NCBI GenBank assembly: GCA_017440405.1
Contig: JAFSHG010000074.1
Span: 1-47,054 of the forward strand
Direction: 5' to 3'
Length of the DNA stretch: 47,054 bases
From: Clostridia bacterium
GTDB lineage: Bacteria; Bacillota; Clostridia; Christensenellales; CAG-138
Both the position numbers and the translations under genes were made by a program. Positions 8,907 to 18,691 of the stretch are shown here, piece after piece; the first letter of the stretch is position 1; each line of letters begins with the position of its first letter. The notes under the pieces were generated by a model, which saw nothing but the letters and a program-made list of their open reading frames with translations, was not told the origin of the DNA and did no database searches.

Positions 8907-9947
8907 ATGACGACAATAGATAAAGAACAAGCTCTGTCGCAGGCCTTGGCGCAGATAGAGAAAAAGCACGGCAAAGGTACTGTCATGCGAATGGGTGATA
9001 AGACCATGGAGAAACCGCCCGTGATTTCCACGGGTTGCATAGATATAGACTTTGCGCTGGGCATAGGCGGTGTACCCAGAGGCAGAATTGTGGAAATATA
9101 CGGCCCCGAATCTTCGGGTAAAACCACCATTGCACTTCACATCGTGGCAGAAGCACAAAAGAGTGGCGGCACGGCTGCATTCATAGACGCAGAACATGCG
9201 CTCGACCCCATATATGCAAAGAATTTGGGTGTTGATATAAATAATCTCCTCATTTCACAGCCCGATTACGGTGAACAGGCATTGGAAGTGGCAGAAGAAC
9301 TGGCAAGAAGTTGCGCCATAGATGTCATAGTGGTGGACTCCGTGGCAGCGCTTGTGCCCAAAGCGGAACTGGAAGGTACCATGGAGGACTCGCAGGTGGG
9401 TATGCAGGCAAGACTCATGTCAAAGGGCCTCAGAAAACTTGCAGGAACAATAAGCAAGACTAACTGCACACTCATTTTCATAAACCAGTTGCGTGAAAAG
9501 ATAGGTGTCATGTTTGCAAATCCCGAAACCACCACGGGCGGCAGAGCGCTGAAATTCTTTGCCACCATCCGCATGGATGTACGAAAGACAGATACCATAA
9601 AGAACGGTCAGGAACTCGTGGGCAACAGGACAAAGGTAAAAGTGGTAAAGAATAAAATGGCACCGCCTTTTAAGACGGCTGAGTTTGACATCATATACGG
9701 CGAGGGCGTGTCCAAAATCGGCTCGGTTATTGATATGGCGACCAACTATAAAATAATCACGAGAAGCGGAACATGGTATTCATACGGTGATATCAGATTG
9801 GCTCAGGGCAGAGACAACACCCGTTTGTTCTTACGTGATAATCCCGAACTCTTTGCAGAGATTGAAGAAAAGCTGAAAGCCGAATTGCAGAAGGACAGGG
9901 ATAATCAGCTGGCACTGCTGAGAAGTTCAAACGACGGCGAAGGTTGA
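8907..9947 (+). CDS. recA: Recombinase RecA
   Basis: 346 aa. Walker [10 protein letters not shown], plus FIDAEHALD and other canonical RecA sequence throughout. Confidence 0.99.
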   Translation: MTTIDKEQALSQALAQIEKKHGKGTVMRMGDKTMEKPPVISTGCIDIDFALGIGGVPRGRIVEIYGPESSGKTTIALHIVAEAQKSGGTAAFIDAEHALDPIYAKNLGVDINNLLISQPDYGEQALEVAEELARSCAIDVIVVDSVAALVPKAELEGTMEDSQVGMQARLMSKGLRKLAGTISKTNCTLIFINQLREKIGVMFANPETTTGGRALKFFATIRMDVRKTDTIKNGQELVGNRTKVKVVKNKMAPPFKTAEFDIIYGEGVSKIGSVIDMATNYKIITRSGTWYSYGDIRLAQGRDNTRLFLRDNPELFAEIEEKLKAELQKDRDNQLALLRSSNDGEG

Positions 9948-9971
9948 TGTTCAGATTTTACTCATCACAGA

Positions 9972-9995
9972 GGGAGCGTTTCGCTCCCTTTTGTT
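9972..9995 (+). terminator. recA rho-independent terminator
   Basis: GGGAGCG-ttt-CGCTCCC (9972-9988) followed by TTTTGTT. Confidence 0.8.
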
Positions 9996-10100
9996 ATGCA
10001 GTTTTTAGTTCGCCTTATTACATAATCCGCACCACATTATTGTTATATTCAGAAATTACATGCCATATCCTATACAAATGCTTTCGCAGAGGAGTTTGGT

Positions 10101-10355
10101 ATGCAAAAAAATATAGAAGAACGGGTTTTATCCGCAGCGCAATACATAGCAGATACAGGCGCAACGGTGCGTGATACGGCAAAATGTTTTGGAATAAGCA
10201 AGTCCACGGTGCATAAGGACATGACGCAGCGTTTGCAGTTGTATGACATATCGCTTTTCCGTGCAGTGCGTGAAAAGCTTCAAATAAATAAAGAAGAACG
10301 GCATATAAGGGGCGGCATTGCTACACATAATAAGTACAAGGGAGCCAAAAAATAA
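10101..10355 (+). CDS. spoIIID: Stage III sporulation transcriptional regulator SpoIIID
   Basis: 84 aa. RVL..A.YI....ATVR..AK.FGISKSTVHKD...L and the C-terminal basic region are typical of SpoIIID. Confidence 0.92.
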   Translation: MQKNIEERVLSAAQYIADTGATVRDTAKCFGISKSTVHKDMTQRLQLYDISLFRAVREKLQINKEERHIRGGIATHNKYKGAKK

Positions 10356-10375
10356 ATGAAGAAAGGTCTCTTTTT

Positions 10376-12256
10376 ATGTTCATATACCACAATTCCTTTG
10401 ACATCCGTTTCAGAAGCCCCTTTGGAGCTGCAAAAACAGGCAGCACGGTAAAACTTTCACTGTTTACCACAGAACCCGTATACGCCACTTTAATATGGTT
10501 TCGTGATAATCACCGCATGGAAATACCCATGACATGCACACCATACGTCTTGGACGATAAATCGGGTTTCATGCACTCTGCAATGCTGGTCGCGCCAAAT
10601 TTCCCCTGTCTGCTGTGGTATTCGTTTATGATAAATACATCGGACGGAACAAAGTTCTATTGCGGACGGCACGGAGAGGGGGTTTTGAGCACAAACATAG
10701 ACTTTTCCTATCAAATCACGGTGTATGAGCCGTTCACTCTGCCCGATTCATACAAAAACGCCATAGCATATCAAATCTTTCCCGACAGGTTCGCAAAGGG
10801 TGATGAAAAGAGCATAAACAGGGGCATAATAGCGCATGTAAACCGTGGTTTTCCCATGTATATCCATGAGGATTGGGACGAGGAAGTATGTTATCTGCCC
10901 CGAGATTTTGAGGAGCATTACACGCCCTGTGACTTCTTCTGCGGCGACCTTTACGGCATAGAGCAACGCATACCGTATCTCAAAAAATTTTCTGTGGGCT
11001 GCATTTATCTGAACCCCATTTTTCTCTCTCCGTCCAATCACAGATACGACACGGCAGACTACATGCATGTGGACGATGTATTAGGCGGCGATGAAGCCTA
11101 CTTTTCACTCCGCAACGCTGCGGAGAAAGCGGGCATAACAATAATGCTGGACGGCGTGTTTTCACACACGGGGGCAGACAGCATTTACTTCAACAAGTAC
11201 AGACATTTTTCCTCATGCGGCGCATACAATTCCAAAGAAAGTCCCTATTCCGACTGGTACTCCTTTACACGATATCCCGATGAATACAAAAGCTGGTGGG
11301 GATTTACCAATCTTCCCGAAACCGATGAGGACAACCCCTCATACCGTGAGTATATTTCCCGGGTAATAAATAAGTGGAAATGTTCTTGGCGACTGGATGT
11401 GGCGGACGAGCTTACGGATGACTTCATGCGTTTTTTCAGAAAAAGCGCAAAGAAAGCCTCCGAAAACTCCGTGGTGATAGGCGAGGTTTGGGAGGACGCA
11501 TCGGATAAATTTTCAAAAGGACACAGACGAGGTTACACTGACGGGGATATGTTGGACGGCGTTATGAATTATCCGCTGCGACAGTGGATTATTGATTTTC
11601 TTCTGGGAAAAATAAGCGCATACGATTTTGTTTATAATGTGATGAGTCAGAGGGAAAATTACCCCGATGAGTTTTTGCGGGGATGTCTGAATATACTCAG
11701 CAGTCATGACACGGTGCGTATTTTGAGCGTGCTCTGCAATGCCCCGGGAAGAGATGAGTTGTGTGCTCAAATGCAACAAAAACTCTTTTTTTCGGGAAAT
11801 GAGTTGACGAAAGGCAAAAAAAAGGTTATACTCTCTTTTGTTATACAGTGTGCAATGATAGGCGTACCTTGTATTTACTATGGTGACGAGCAAGGTATGC
11901 AGGGTATGGCAGACCCGTTTTGCAGACGCACATTCAGGGAAGACCAATCAGCAGTTGACTTTTCGGAAAAGGTCAGAATAATATGTGAAACTCGGAGCAG
12001 CCACGGTTCTTTTATGGGGGAGATGCAGATTCAGGCATTCTCGAAGGACATAATCATAATACGAAGATATCGGGACAGTGCAAACGCATACTGCGTTATA
12101 AACCGTTCTGAATCTGTGGTACACGTATCCACGGATGCATTTCCTGTATCGGGAGTGTATCGGGACGTGCTTTCCGAGAGAGTGTATAACATACGCAGAG
12201 GTATGGCAGAGCTTGAACTCGAACCATTGGAGGCGGTTATGCTTTGCAGCCTATAA
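10376..12256 (+). CDS. Glycoside hydrolase family 13 (neopullulanase / cyclomaltodextrinase-like alpha-amylase)
   Basis: 626 aa. GH13 conserved regions DGVFSHTG, WRLDVADEL, EVWE and SSHDT, plus an N-terminal Ig-like amylase domain. Confidence 0.88.
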   Translation: MFIYHNSFDIRFRSPFGAAKTGSTVKLSLFTTEPVYATLIWFRDNHRMEIPMTCTPYVLDDKSGFMHSAMLVAPNFPCLLWYSFMINTSDGTKFYCGRHGEGVLSTNIDFSYQITVYEPFTLPDSYKNAIAYQIFPDRFAKGDEKSINRGIIAHVNRGFPMYIHEDWDEEVCYLPRDFEEHYTPCDFFCGDLYGIEQRIPYLKKFSVGCIYLNPIFLSPSNHRYDTADYMHVDDVLGGDEAYFSLRNAAEKAGITIMLDGVFSHTGADSIYFNKYRHFSSCGAYNSKESPYSDWYSFTRYPDEYKSWWGFTNLPETDEDNPSYREYISRVINKWKCSWRLDVADELTDDFMRFFRKSAKKASENSVVIGEVWEDASDKFSKGHRRGYTDGDMLDGVMNYPLRQWIIDFLLGKISAYDFVYNVMSQRENYPDEFLRGCLNILSSHDTVRILSVLCNAPGRDELCAQMQQKLFFSGNELTKGKKKVILSFVIQCAMIGVPCIYYGDEQGMQGMADPFCRRTFREDQSAVDFSEKVRIICETRSSHGSFMGEMQIQAFSKDIIIIRRYRDSANAYCVINRSESVVHVSTDAFPVSGVYRDVLSERVYNIRRGMAELELEPLEAVMLCSL

Positions 12257-12274
12257 AAATGGAGGCTGAATTTG

Positions 12275-12733
12275 ATGTTTAACGGAAGATACGGTGCGGA
12301 CAAGCTGGGCGTTGTAATGGGCATAAGTTCTATGCTCCTTACAGCCGTTGCTGCTCTGCTCAGTGCGGATAATATAGTTATGAAGCTGATACTCATCGTA
12401 ATGTCAGCCTGCATATTATGCTATGCAGCATTCAGAGTTTTTTCAAAGAATATTCGTATGCGCACCCGAGAATTGAGAGCACTCGAAGCTGTGGAGATGA
12501 AACTCCTCTCCATGTTCGGCAGACGCAAACGTCCACCTCGGGAAGATATCCATGAGACGGAAAAGCCTGCACAGGAGGAGGAAGAAACCGTACAGGAAGA
12601 AGCCGCTCCCGTGATAGAGTACCGTCGTTTTTGCTGTCCAAAATGCAAGAAGCCGCTGAAAGTACCCGTGGGAAAGGGCTATATAAAGGTCATATGCCCT
12701 GCATGTTCAAATAAATTCATGAAGCACACATAA
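12275..12733 (+). CDS. Membrane protein with C-terminal zinc-ribbon (CPKC..17 aa..CPAC)
   Basis: Two N-terminal hydrophobic helices, an acidic linker, then CCPKCKKPLKVPVGKGYIKVICPACSNKF. I prefer ATG 12275, which lies 9 nt after GGAGG, over the TTG at 12272. Confidence 0.6.
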   Translation: MFNGRYGADKLGVVMGISSMLLTAVAALLSADNIVMKLILIVMSACILCYAAFRVFSKNIRMRTRELRALEAVEMKLLSMFGRRKRPPREDIHETEKPAQEEEETVQEEAAPVIEYRRFCCPKCKKPLKVPVGKGYIKVICPACSNKFMKHT

Positions 12734-12741
12734 TATAAGTC

Positions 12742-13791
12742 ATGTTGGATTTTTCAAAACCAAACCTTTGGGAACATTTGCAAAGCACCCATAAGCCCAT
12801 CGTCCTCTATGGCATGGGAAACGGTGCAGACAGCATTATTTCACGCCTTGATGCTCAGAACATACCGCATCGGGGTGTTTTTGTGAGTGACGGTTTCGTG
12901 CGCGATAAAATCTTTCACGGCCACAAGCTCATGTCGTATGACGATGCAAAGGCACAGTTTGGCGATATGATAGTTTTGGTATCGTTCGGAAGCAGTCTCC
13001 CCGATGTTTTGACGAACATGATGCGCATTGCCGCAGAACAGGAACTCTATGCACCGTATGTTCCCGTCATAGGCGATGGCGACTTCAATCGCAAATACGC
13101 CACGGAACACTATCACAACTTCATGTGGGTGCATGACAGATTTTCCGACTCGCTTTCACGACGCACATATGAAAACATACTGAAATACAGATACAGCGGT
13201 GATATTTCGTACCTCTTGGCTTGCGAAACAGACAATGACGAGATATTTTCGCTGCTTCACCTTCAAAATAATTCCACTTTTATGGACTTGGGCGCATACC
13301 GTGGTGATACCGTGGCGGAGTTTGTGCACTACTGCCCGAATTATAACCGTATATACGCGCTCGAACCCGACAGAAAGACTTTTGATAAGCTTTGTCAAAA
13401 CACCGCCTCCCTGCATGATATGCACGCCATAAACGCAGCAGCCTACTCACATTCGCATGGGGTAGAGTTTGCTATGAGAAGCGGCAGAAATTCTCTGGTT
13501 TCAAAATCGGGCTGCATGATACCGTCACGGAGCATAGATGAAATTTTGCCGTCTGATGAACATATCTCTCTTATTAAAATGGATATTGAGGGAGCGGAAA
13601 TACCTGCCATAGAGGGTGCAGAACGTACCATAAAAATGCATAAGCCCAAAATGCGTATTTCATGTTATCATCGCATCGACGACCTTTTTGCAATACCAAA
13701 GAAAGTGCTTTCCTTGCGACCCGATTACAAACTCTATATGCGCCATAGAGCGTATGTTCCCGACTGGGATACGGAATTTATATTCACTTAG
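12742..13791 (+). CDS. FkbM-family SAM-dependent methyltransferase
   Basis: 349 aa. MDLGAYRGDT (SAM motif I), then IKMDIEGAE and the overall FkbM-domain layout. Confidence 0.78.
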   Translation: MLDFSKPNLWEHLQSTHKPIVLYGMGNGADSIISRLDAQNIPHRGVFVSDGFVRDKIFHGHKLMSYDDAKAQFGDMIVLVSFGSSLPDVLTNMMRIAAEQELYAPYVPVIGDGDFNRKYATEHYHNFMWVHDRFSDSLSRRTYENILKYRYSGDISYLLACETDNDEIFSLLHLQNNSTFMDLGAYRGDTVAEFVHYCPNYNRIYALEPDRKTFDKLCQNTASLHDMHAINAAAYSHSHGVEFAMRSGRNSLVSKSGCMIPSRSIDEILPSDEHISLIKMDIEGAEIPAIEGAERTIKMHKPKMRISCYHRIDDLFAIPKKVLSLRPDYKLYMRHRAYVPDWDTEFIFT

Positions 13792-13814
13792 TGTTGATTA
13801 TAAAAAAACAAAAA

Positions 13815-13847
13815 GAAAGGGCGAGTTACCAGCACTCGCCTTTTCTC
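13815..13847. terminator. Bidirectional terminator shared by the FkbM gene and the NlpC/P60 gene
   Basis: GGCGAGT-N7-ACTCGCC (13820-13840), flanked by an A-run upstream and a T-run downstream. Confidence 0.8.
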
Positions 13848-13867
13848 TATTAGTTAATTGAAGTCAC

Positions 13868-15622
13868 TCAATCAAAAATTCTGTAACCGCAGATGAAGTT
13901 ATTTCTGCTCCAACTGCCCTTAAATGACCTACGTACAACCTTGCCGTTTGTACTGGATGCGTCTATCATGTCAGAACCACTCACTATGATACCCACATGG
14001 CCGTAGAATACTATGATGTCGCCCGCTTTGAGGTTATCAATGTCGCTTATGCGCTGATACTTTGAAACGCTTCTCCAACCGTATGATGTGAGGTAGGACT
14101 GCTTCACGCCTGCTTTATTCAAGCACCAGTATACCAAACCGGAACAGTCAAACTTATCGGGTCCCTTGCCGCCTGTTACGTATCTGCAACCCAATCTGCT
14201 CTTTGCAGCATCTATGAGTTTGCTCACTGATGCGCTGCCCGTATTTGAAGAATCTGAGCCTGAGCCCGAGCCTGAACCCGAACCCGAACCTGAGCCTGAA
14301 CCTTCGCCATAGAACTTATAGCTGCTTGAAGGCTTCTTTGCGTCATCGTCCATGAGCTTTTTCAGTGTCTTTGCACCCACTCTGCCGTCTGCCGAGAGGT
14401 CATTTCTCTTCTGGAATGCCTTTACTGCATATTCCGTAGCTGAACCGAAATATCCTGTTATGCTTGACTTTCTCACATAGCCCAGTTTATAAAGTCTTTT
14501 CTGTATGTCTTCCACTTCATCACAATCATCGCCTATGGCATATGCGTTTGCAACTGCATCACTGCTCATGAGAACCTCTATGGTCTTAGGTCCCAGATAT
14601 CCGTCCTTGGGCAGACCGTTTCTGTCCTGGAAGCGTCTCACTGCTGCCTTTGTTGCAGAACCGTATTCACCGTCTGCCTCTGCGCTGAGATACCCGAGTT
14701 TTATGAGTTTCTTCTGATAAGGAATGAGTGCCTCTGAGCTGTCGCCCTTGCCCCATACATTGGGAGTTGCATCCTCACTGAATATGCGGTCCTTAGTTTC
14801 CGTACCCACCTTGCCGTCAACTGCAAGGTCATTATTCTTCTGGAACTCTTTTACCGCATCCTCTGTGGTTTCTCCAAAGTAACCCGTGGGCTTTATGGAC
14901 ATGTAGCCCATTTCATAAAGCCTGTCCTGAATGCTTGCCACATCGTCACCGTCATCGCCCGCCATCATCATGTACACCAGTGCATCGTCGCTCATGAGTG
15001 CACGATAAGTCTTTCCGTCCACTTTTCCGGTAACATCCATTTCGTTTCTTCTCTGGAAGGATTTCACGGCATCACGTGTTATGGGGCCAAAGTGTTCCGT
15101 AACTTCATCATTGCCCATGTATGAAAGCTCCATGAGGCGTTTTTGAATTTCTGCCACTGCCTCATGGTCATCACCGTATGAAAGAGTGCCGTCAAAAGGT
15201 ACAGTCAGCATTGCAGACGTTGCGGGTGCTTTCTTCACCACGGTTTCCTCTGTGGATTCTCTTTCAACAGCTTCTATATTTACATTGTCCGAAGCAGATA
15301 CCAGAGTGCTTTTCTCAGGGAAATCTTCAACCGCAACACCGGGGACTTCAATCCCGTCCTCCACACCTCTTTCGGGGAGAGCGAGTTTTCCTTCCGAACC
15401 GTTTGTTTCGCCTTCTGCAGCCTGGGTCTGAGCTGCGGCTGCCAATTTCTCTGATTCCGCCATAGCAGAACCTCTGCCCGTCAGACTTATTACCGTAACT
15501 GTGGCAAGCAACACGAATGCTATTACAAACAGCGCAGTTATTCTGACATTCGGGGAGAGAAGCTCCTTTACTGAGAAAGTCTTATTCTCTTCTGCCTTTC
15601 GGAGTGATTTTTTATTTGCCAT
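13868..15622 (-). CDS. Membrane-anchored cell-wall hydrolase: 5 x PG_binding_1-like repeats, (GS)8 linker, C-terminal NlpC/P60 (C40) peptidase
   Basis: Repeated ..VK.FQ..N.L..DG..G..T.. modules. The C-terminal region FDCSGLVYW..H.GI is the C40 catalytic Cys/His region. An N-terminal TM helix is present. The start is probably MANKK at 15622 (GAGG RBS) rather than the track start at 15643. Confidence 0.86.
   Translation of the reverse strand: MANKKSLRKAEENKTFSVKELLSPNVRITALFVIAFVLLATVTVISLTGRGSAMAESEKLAAAAQTQAAEGETNGSEGKLALPERGVEDGIEVPGVAVEDFPEKSTLVSASDNVNIEAVERESTEETVVKKAPATSAMLTVPFDGTLSYGDDHEAVAEIQKRLMELSYMGNDEVTEHFGPITRDAVKSFQRRNEMDVTGKVDGKTYRALMSDDALVYMMMAGDDGDDVASIQDRLYEMGYMSIKPTGYFGETTEDAVKEFQKNNDLAVDGKVGTETKDRIFSEDATPNVWGKGDSSEALIPYQKKLIKLGYLSAEADGEYGSATKAAVRRFQDRNGLPKDGYLGPKTIEVLMSSDAVANAYAIGDDCDEVEDIQKRLYKLGYVRKSSITGYFGSATEYAVKAFQKRNDLSADGRVGAKTLKKLMDDDAKKPSSSYKFYGEGSGSGSGSGSGSGSGSDSSNTGSASVSKLIDAAKSRLGCRYVTGGKGPDKFDCSGLVYWCLNKAGVKQSYLTSYGWRSVSKYQRISDIDNLKAGDIIVFYGHVGIIVSGSDMIDASSTNGKVVRRSFKGSWSRNNFICGYRIFD
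14255..14302. repeat. Hexanucleotide microsatellite (YGARCC)x8 encoding the (Gly-Ser)8 linker
   Basis: Eight consecutive imperfect hexamers: tgagcc tgagcc cgagcc tgaacc cgaacc cgaacc tgagcc tgaacc. Confidence 0.9.
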
Positions 15623-15986
15623 TATATCTACCTCTGCAATCAAATTTGTACGATCTCATCGCACAAGTCAAAGTATAACACTGCAAGCGATTCTTTTTTT
15701 GAACATTTTATGAACACTCCGTTTTTGCATGTCTTTTTACAAAAAGTTTATTTTTACCTCTCTGCACACACGCACGAGGCAAAAAGCATTCTCAGCTCTT
15801 ATATTCGGCAGGAGAGTCAACACCGTATTTAAATACATGTATTCTCATTCTCCATTTATTCGCTTCATAAGCTAAAAGATTATGCTTCAACCCGCTTCTT
15901 AAAATACTGCTTTATTTTTTTGATAATATGTGTATAATAGTATTATTGGCGGTGCAGTGATGCCGTCGGATATTTAGGAGGACTGT

Positions 15987-16892
15987 ATGGACAAATGGTA
16001 TAACGCTATAGAACAACGCTTTTCCGTCAGGCGATACAGGAGCGGTATTTCCGCGCAGGAAATGGCAAATCTGCAAAAATTCGCAAACGGGATAGAGGCT
16101 CACGGCGTACGCATAGCCATAGGTCGCAGTAATAAGATTTTTTCGGGCAAGATATTTACACGTAAAATTGTAGGTACGGAATGTTTTGCAGCCATAATAT
16201 CAAAAAACGGCAAAGACTTATATTCGGGCTATTTGGGTGAAATCTTCATTTTGGAATGTGTATCGCGCGGCTACGGCACATGTTGGCTCGGTGCGTCCTT
16301 TAAGATGGGAGCAGCACTGGAAACCATTGAGCTTGAACCGGGCGAATCCATAGTCTGTGTCACACCCATAGGCATACCCGACGAAGAACCGCCTTACAGA
16401 AAAAGATTATCACTGTCTGAGCTTACAGACCTCACCAAAGATGAGTTTTTAGACCTGCCCGAATGGCAACAATGTGCTGTGGAGAGCGCAAGGCTCGCCC
16501 CGTCCGCCATGAACCGTCAACCTTGGCAGTTTTACATATATGAAGATTCACTGGGCATTGTAAATATATCCCGCAATTTAGGTTTTGGCATGATTGATTG
16601 CGGAATTGCAATGTTGCACGCAGAGCTCGGTGCTTCACATGCGGGCGAAAAGGTGGATTGGGATGTCATCACCCGTGACGATGAAGCAATACTGTATCCT
16701 GTCCGTCCCAAACCGGAAAAGAAACAGCGCACCGAGAATGAGTCAACCACCGAAAATTACGATGACGCCGCATATGAGAACATCGAAACATACGATGAGG
16801 AACCTGAGTCACCACAGAATTATAACGGCGATGATGAGGATGAGTTTTACGACTTTGACTTTGAATCGGATTCTGAAACGGACTTGGAGTAG
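15987..16892 (+). CDS. Nitroreductase-fold protein (TM1586-like) with about 70-aa highly acidic Tyr-rich tail
   Basis: Motifs RFSVRRY, GYGTCWLG and APSAMNRQPW. RBS AGGAGG. The tail reads ..ENYDDAAYENIETYDEEPESPQNYNGDDEDEFYDFDFESDSETDLE. Confidence 0.78.
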   Translation: MDKWYNAIEQRFSVRRYRSGISAQEMANLQKFANGIEAHGVRIAIGRSNKIFSGKIFTRKIVGTECFAAIISKNGKDLYSGYLGEIFILECVSRGYGTCWLGASFKMGAALETIELEPGESIVCVTPIGIPDEEPPYRKRLSLSELTDLTKDEFLDLPEWQQCAVESARLAPSAMNRQPWQFYIYEDSLGIVNISRNLGFGMIDCGIAMLHAELGASHAGEKVDWDVITRDDEAILYPVRPKPEKKQRTENESTTENYDDAAYENIETYDEEPESPQNYNGDDEDEFYDFDFESDSETDLE

Positions 16893-16915
16893 TATTATCT
16901 CATAACAATCAGAAA

Positions 16916-16958
16916 GAGAGAACAAAACAGCTGCACGCCGAAATGTTCTCTCTTTTTT
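16916..16958 (+). terminator. Terminator after the nitroreductase gene
   Basis: GAGAGAACA-N19-TGTTCTCTC followed by TTTTTT. Confidence 0.7.
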
Positions 16959-16975
16959 CTGTTATTGAAAAGCTG

Positions 16976-18691
16976 TTATGCTTTATCTGCTCTCTTTTGC
17001 GCTTCTTCTTCCTCCAACACACGGTATGCTACCTTGCCCACCAGTGTCTTTGGGAGTTCCTCACGGAATTCTATCTCTCTGGGCATTGCATACTTTGAAA
17101 TATTCTTTTTGCAATGTTCCAGTATGGACGCGCGGATTTGTTCACTCGGCTCTTTCCCGGGGCGCAACATTACGAATGCCTTTACTATCTGCTGACGGTA
17201 TTCGTCGGGAATGCCTATGCAACAGCTCATAAGTACATCTTCATGTGCGTCTATCACGTTTTCAAGCTGTGAGGGGTAAATGTTATATCCGCTTGAAATA
17301 ATCATGCGCTTCATTCTCTGGCGGTAATAAATGAAACCGTCCTCATCCATGAGTCCGAGATCACCCGTATGCAACCACTTTGCACCGTCACCATGAGTTT
17401 GCAGTGTCTGTGCCGTTTCCTCGGGATGATTTACATATTCAAGCATCATAGTAGGGCCTGTAAGACAGATTTCACCCTCCTCACCATACGGCACTTCTTC
17501 CGTGGTTCCGGGCTTTACCACCTTGTAGAATGTATCGGGGAACGGTATGCCTATGCTTCCCTCTTTTTCCATGTTGTAAGGTGTAAGACAGCTTGCGGTT
17601 ACGCATTCTGTGGTACCGAAGCCCTCACGGATTCGGGTATTTGCACCATGCTCTGCCAAGAACTTGTCAACTTTCTTTTTAAGCTCTATGGAGAGGGAGT
17701 CGCCGCCCGAAAACACACCCTTTAAGCATGAAAGGTCTGCATTCTGCATGTCATCAAGTCGAAGCAGTGCTTGAAACAGTGTGGGTACGCCTGCAATAAG
17801 GTTCGGCTTTTTCTTTTTGAGTGCCTGTGCATACTCTTTCAGTATCAACTGCGGCATGAGAATTGCCTGACCGCCGTTTGCAAACATGGAGTGTATGCAT
17901 ACGCCCAGACCGAAACCATGGAATATGGGCATAACGGCAAGCATCTTATCTCCTACCTCAAAGCACTGTGCCACAGCCACTATCTGTGCTGCAAGTGCGT
18001 TAAAATTCAGGTTTGACAGCAAAATGCCCTTGCTTATACCCGTAGTACCGCCGCTGTATAAAACCACGGCAGCGTCTGCGCCCGTGCGCTTTACTGCACA
18101 GTTTTCGGTTACGGTTTTGCCTCGCTTTATAAAGTCATTCCACATTATGATATCCGCATCTTTCGGAATCTTTTTTATAGCTCTGCCCTTTGTGAGAGAG
18201 AAGCCTACTTTCAGCACGGGATTCAAGTAGTCCTTTATGCGAGTTATAATAAGTGTGGGCAGGTTTACTTCTTTTCTTATGCTCTCAAACTTGGGATAAA
18301 ACTGGTCGAGAGTAACAGCCGCCACGCTCTTTGAATCATTGAGGAAGAATTTTATTTCGCCCTCGCTGGAAAGCGGATGAATCATGTTTGATACTGCACC
18401 CACATAGTTAACGGCGTAAAACATGATTATCGCCTGCGGACAGTTCGGCATGGCAATGGTAACTCGGTCGTTTTCCTTTATGCCTGCCGCACGGAGTGCC
18501 TTTGCACATTCGAGCACTTCCTCTGCAAATTTCTTATATGTCCCTTTGGTGCCCATAAATTCATAGGCAGTGTATTCGGGATACTTTTCAGCTATTTCCT
18601 GTACTTTTTCAAACATCGAACAGTCGGGATAGTCCAACTTTTCAGGTACATTGCCGTAAAATTTAAGCCACGGTGCTTTTATCTCACTCAT
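16976..18691 (-). CDS. Adenylate-forming enzyme (long-chain fatty acid-CoA/AMP ligase family)
   Basis: Motifs YSGGTTGISKG (A3), GFGTTE (A5), HTGDLG (A7), RMKRMIISSGYNIYPSQLE (A8) and LPKTLVGKV (A10). ATG 18691 lies 10 nt after AAGGAG and overlaps the upstream gene's stop by 8 nt. Confidence 0.9.
   Translation of the reverse strand: MSEIKAPWLKFYGNVPEKLDYPDCSMFEKVQEIAEKYPEYTAYEFMGTKGTYKKFAEEVLECAKALRAAGIKENDRVTIAMPNCPQAIIMFYAVNYVGAVSNMIHPLSSEGEIKFFLNDSKSVAAVTLDQFYPKFESIRKEVNLPTLIITRIKDYLNPVLKVGFSLTKGRAIKKIPKDADIIMWNDFIKRGKTVTENCAVKRTGADAAVVLYSGGTTGISKGILLSNLNFNALAAQIVAVAQCFEVGDKMLAVMPIFHGFGLGVCIHSMFANGGQAILMPQLILKEYAQALKKKKPNLIAGVPTLFQALLRLDDMQNADLSCLKGVFSGGDSLSIELKKKVDKFLAEHGANTRIREGFGTTECVTASCLTPYNMEKEGSIGIPFPDTFYKVVKPGTTEEVPYGEEGEICLTGPTMMLEYVNHPEETAQTLQTHGDGAKWLHTGDLGLMDEDGFIYYRQRMKRMIISSGYNIYPSQLENVIDAHEDVLMSCCIGIPDEYRQQIVKAFVMLRPGKEPSEQIRASILEHCKKNISKYAMPREIEFREELPKTLVGKVAYRVLEEEEAQKRADKA

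Noticed and set aside
14255-14302. Short regularly spaced repeats as a possible CRISPR-like array
   Set aside because: These are contiguous hexamers with no spacers, inside a coding region, and they encode a Gly-Ser linker.
15644-15986. c-di-AMP (ydaO-type) riboswitch upstream of the NlpC/P60 hydrolase
   Set aside because: This association is common in other bacteria. However, I could not find the conserved ydaO core segments (for example ..GGGGA.CC.. / ..ACGGGGAGCC..) on the minus strand here.
15644-15986. Invertible promoter (inverton). All intergenic regions above 200 bp were checked: 7598-7851, 15644-15986, 19569-19822, 25849-26134, 37093-37403, 41471-41765 and 42636-42889.
   Set aside because: I found no pair of inverted repeats of 10 bp or more flanking a promoter-sized segment, and no recombinase gene is present in the window. 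The 42724/42775 inverted repeat is weak and encloses only 45 nt.
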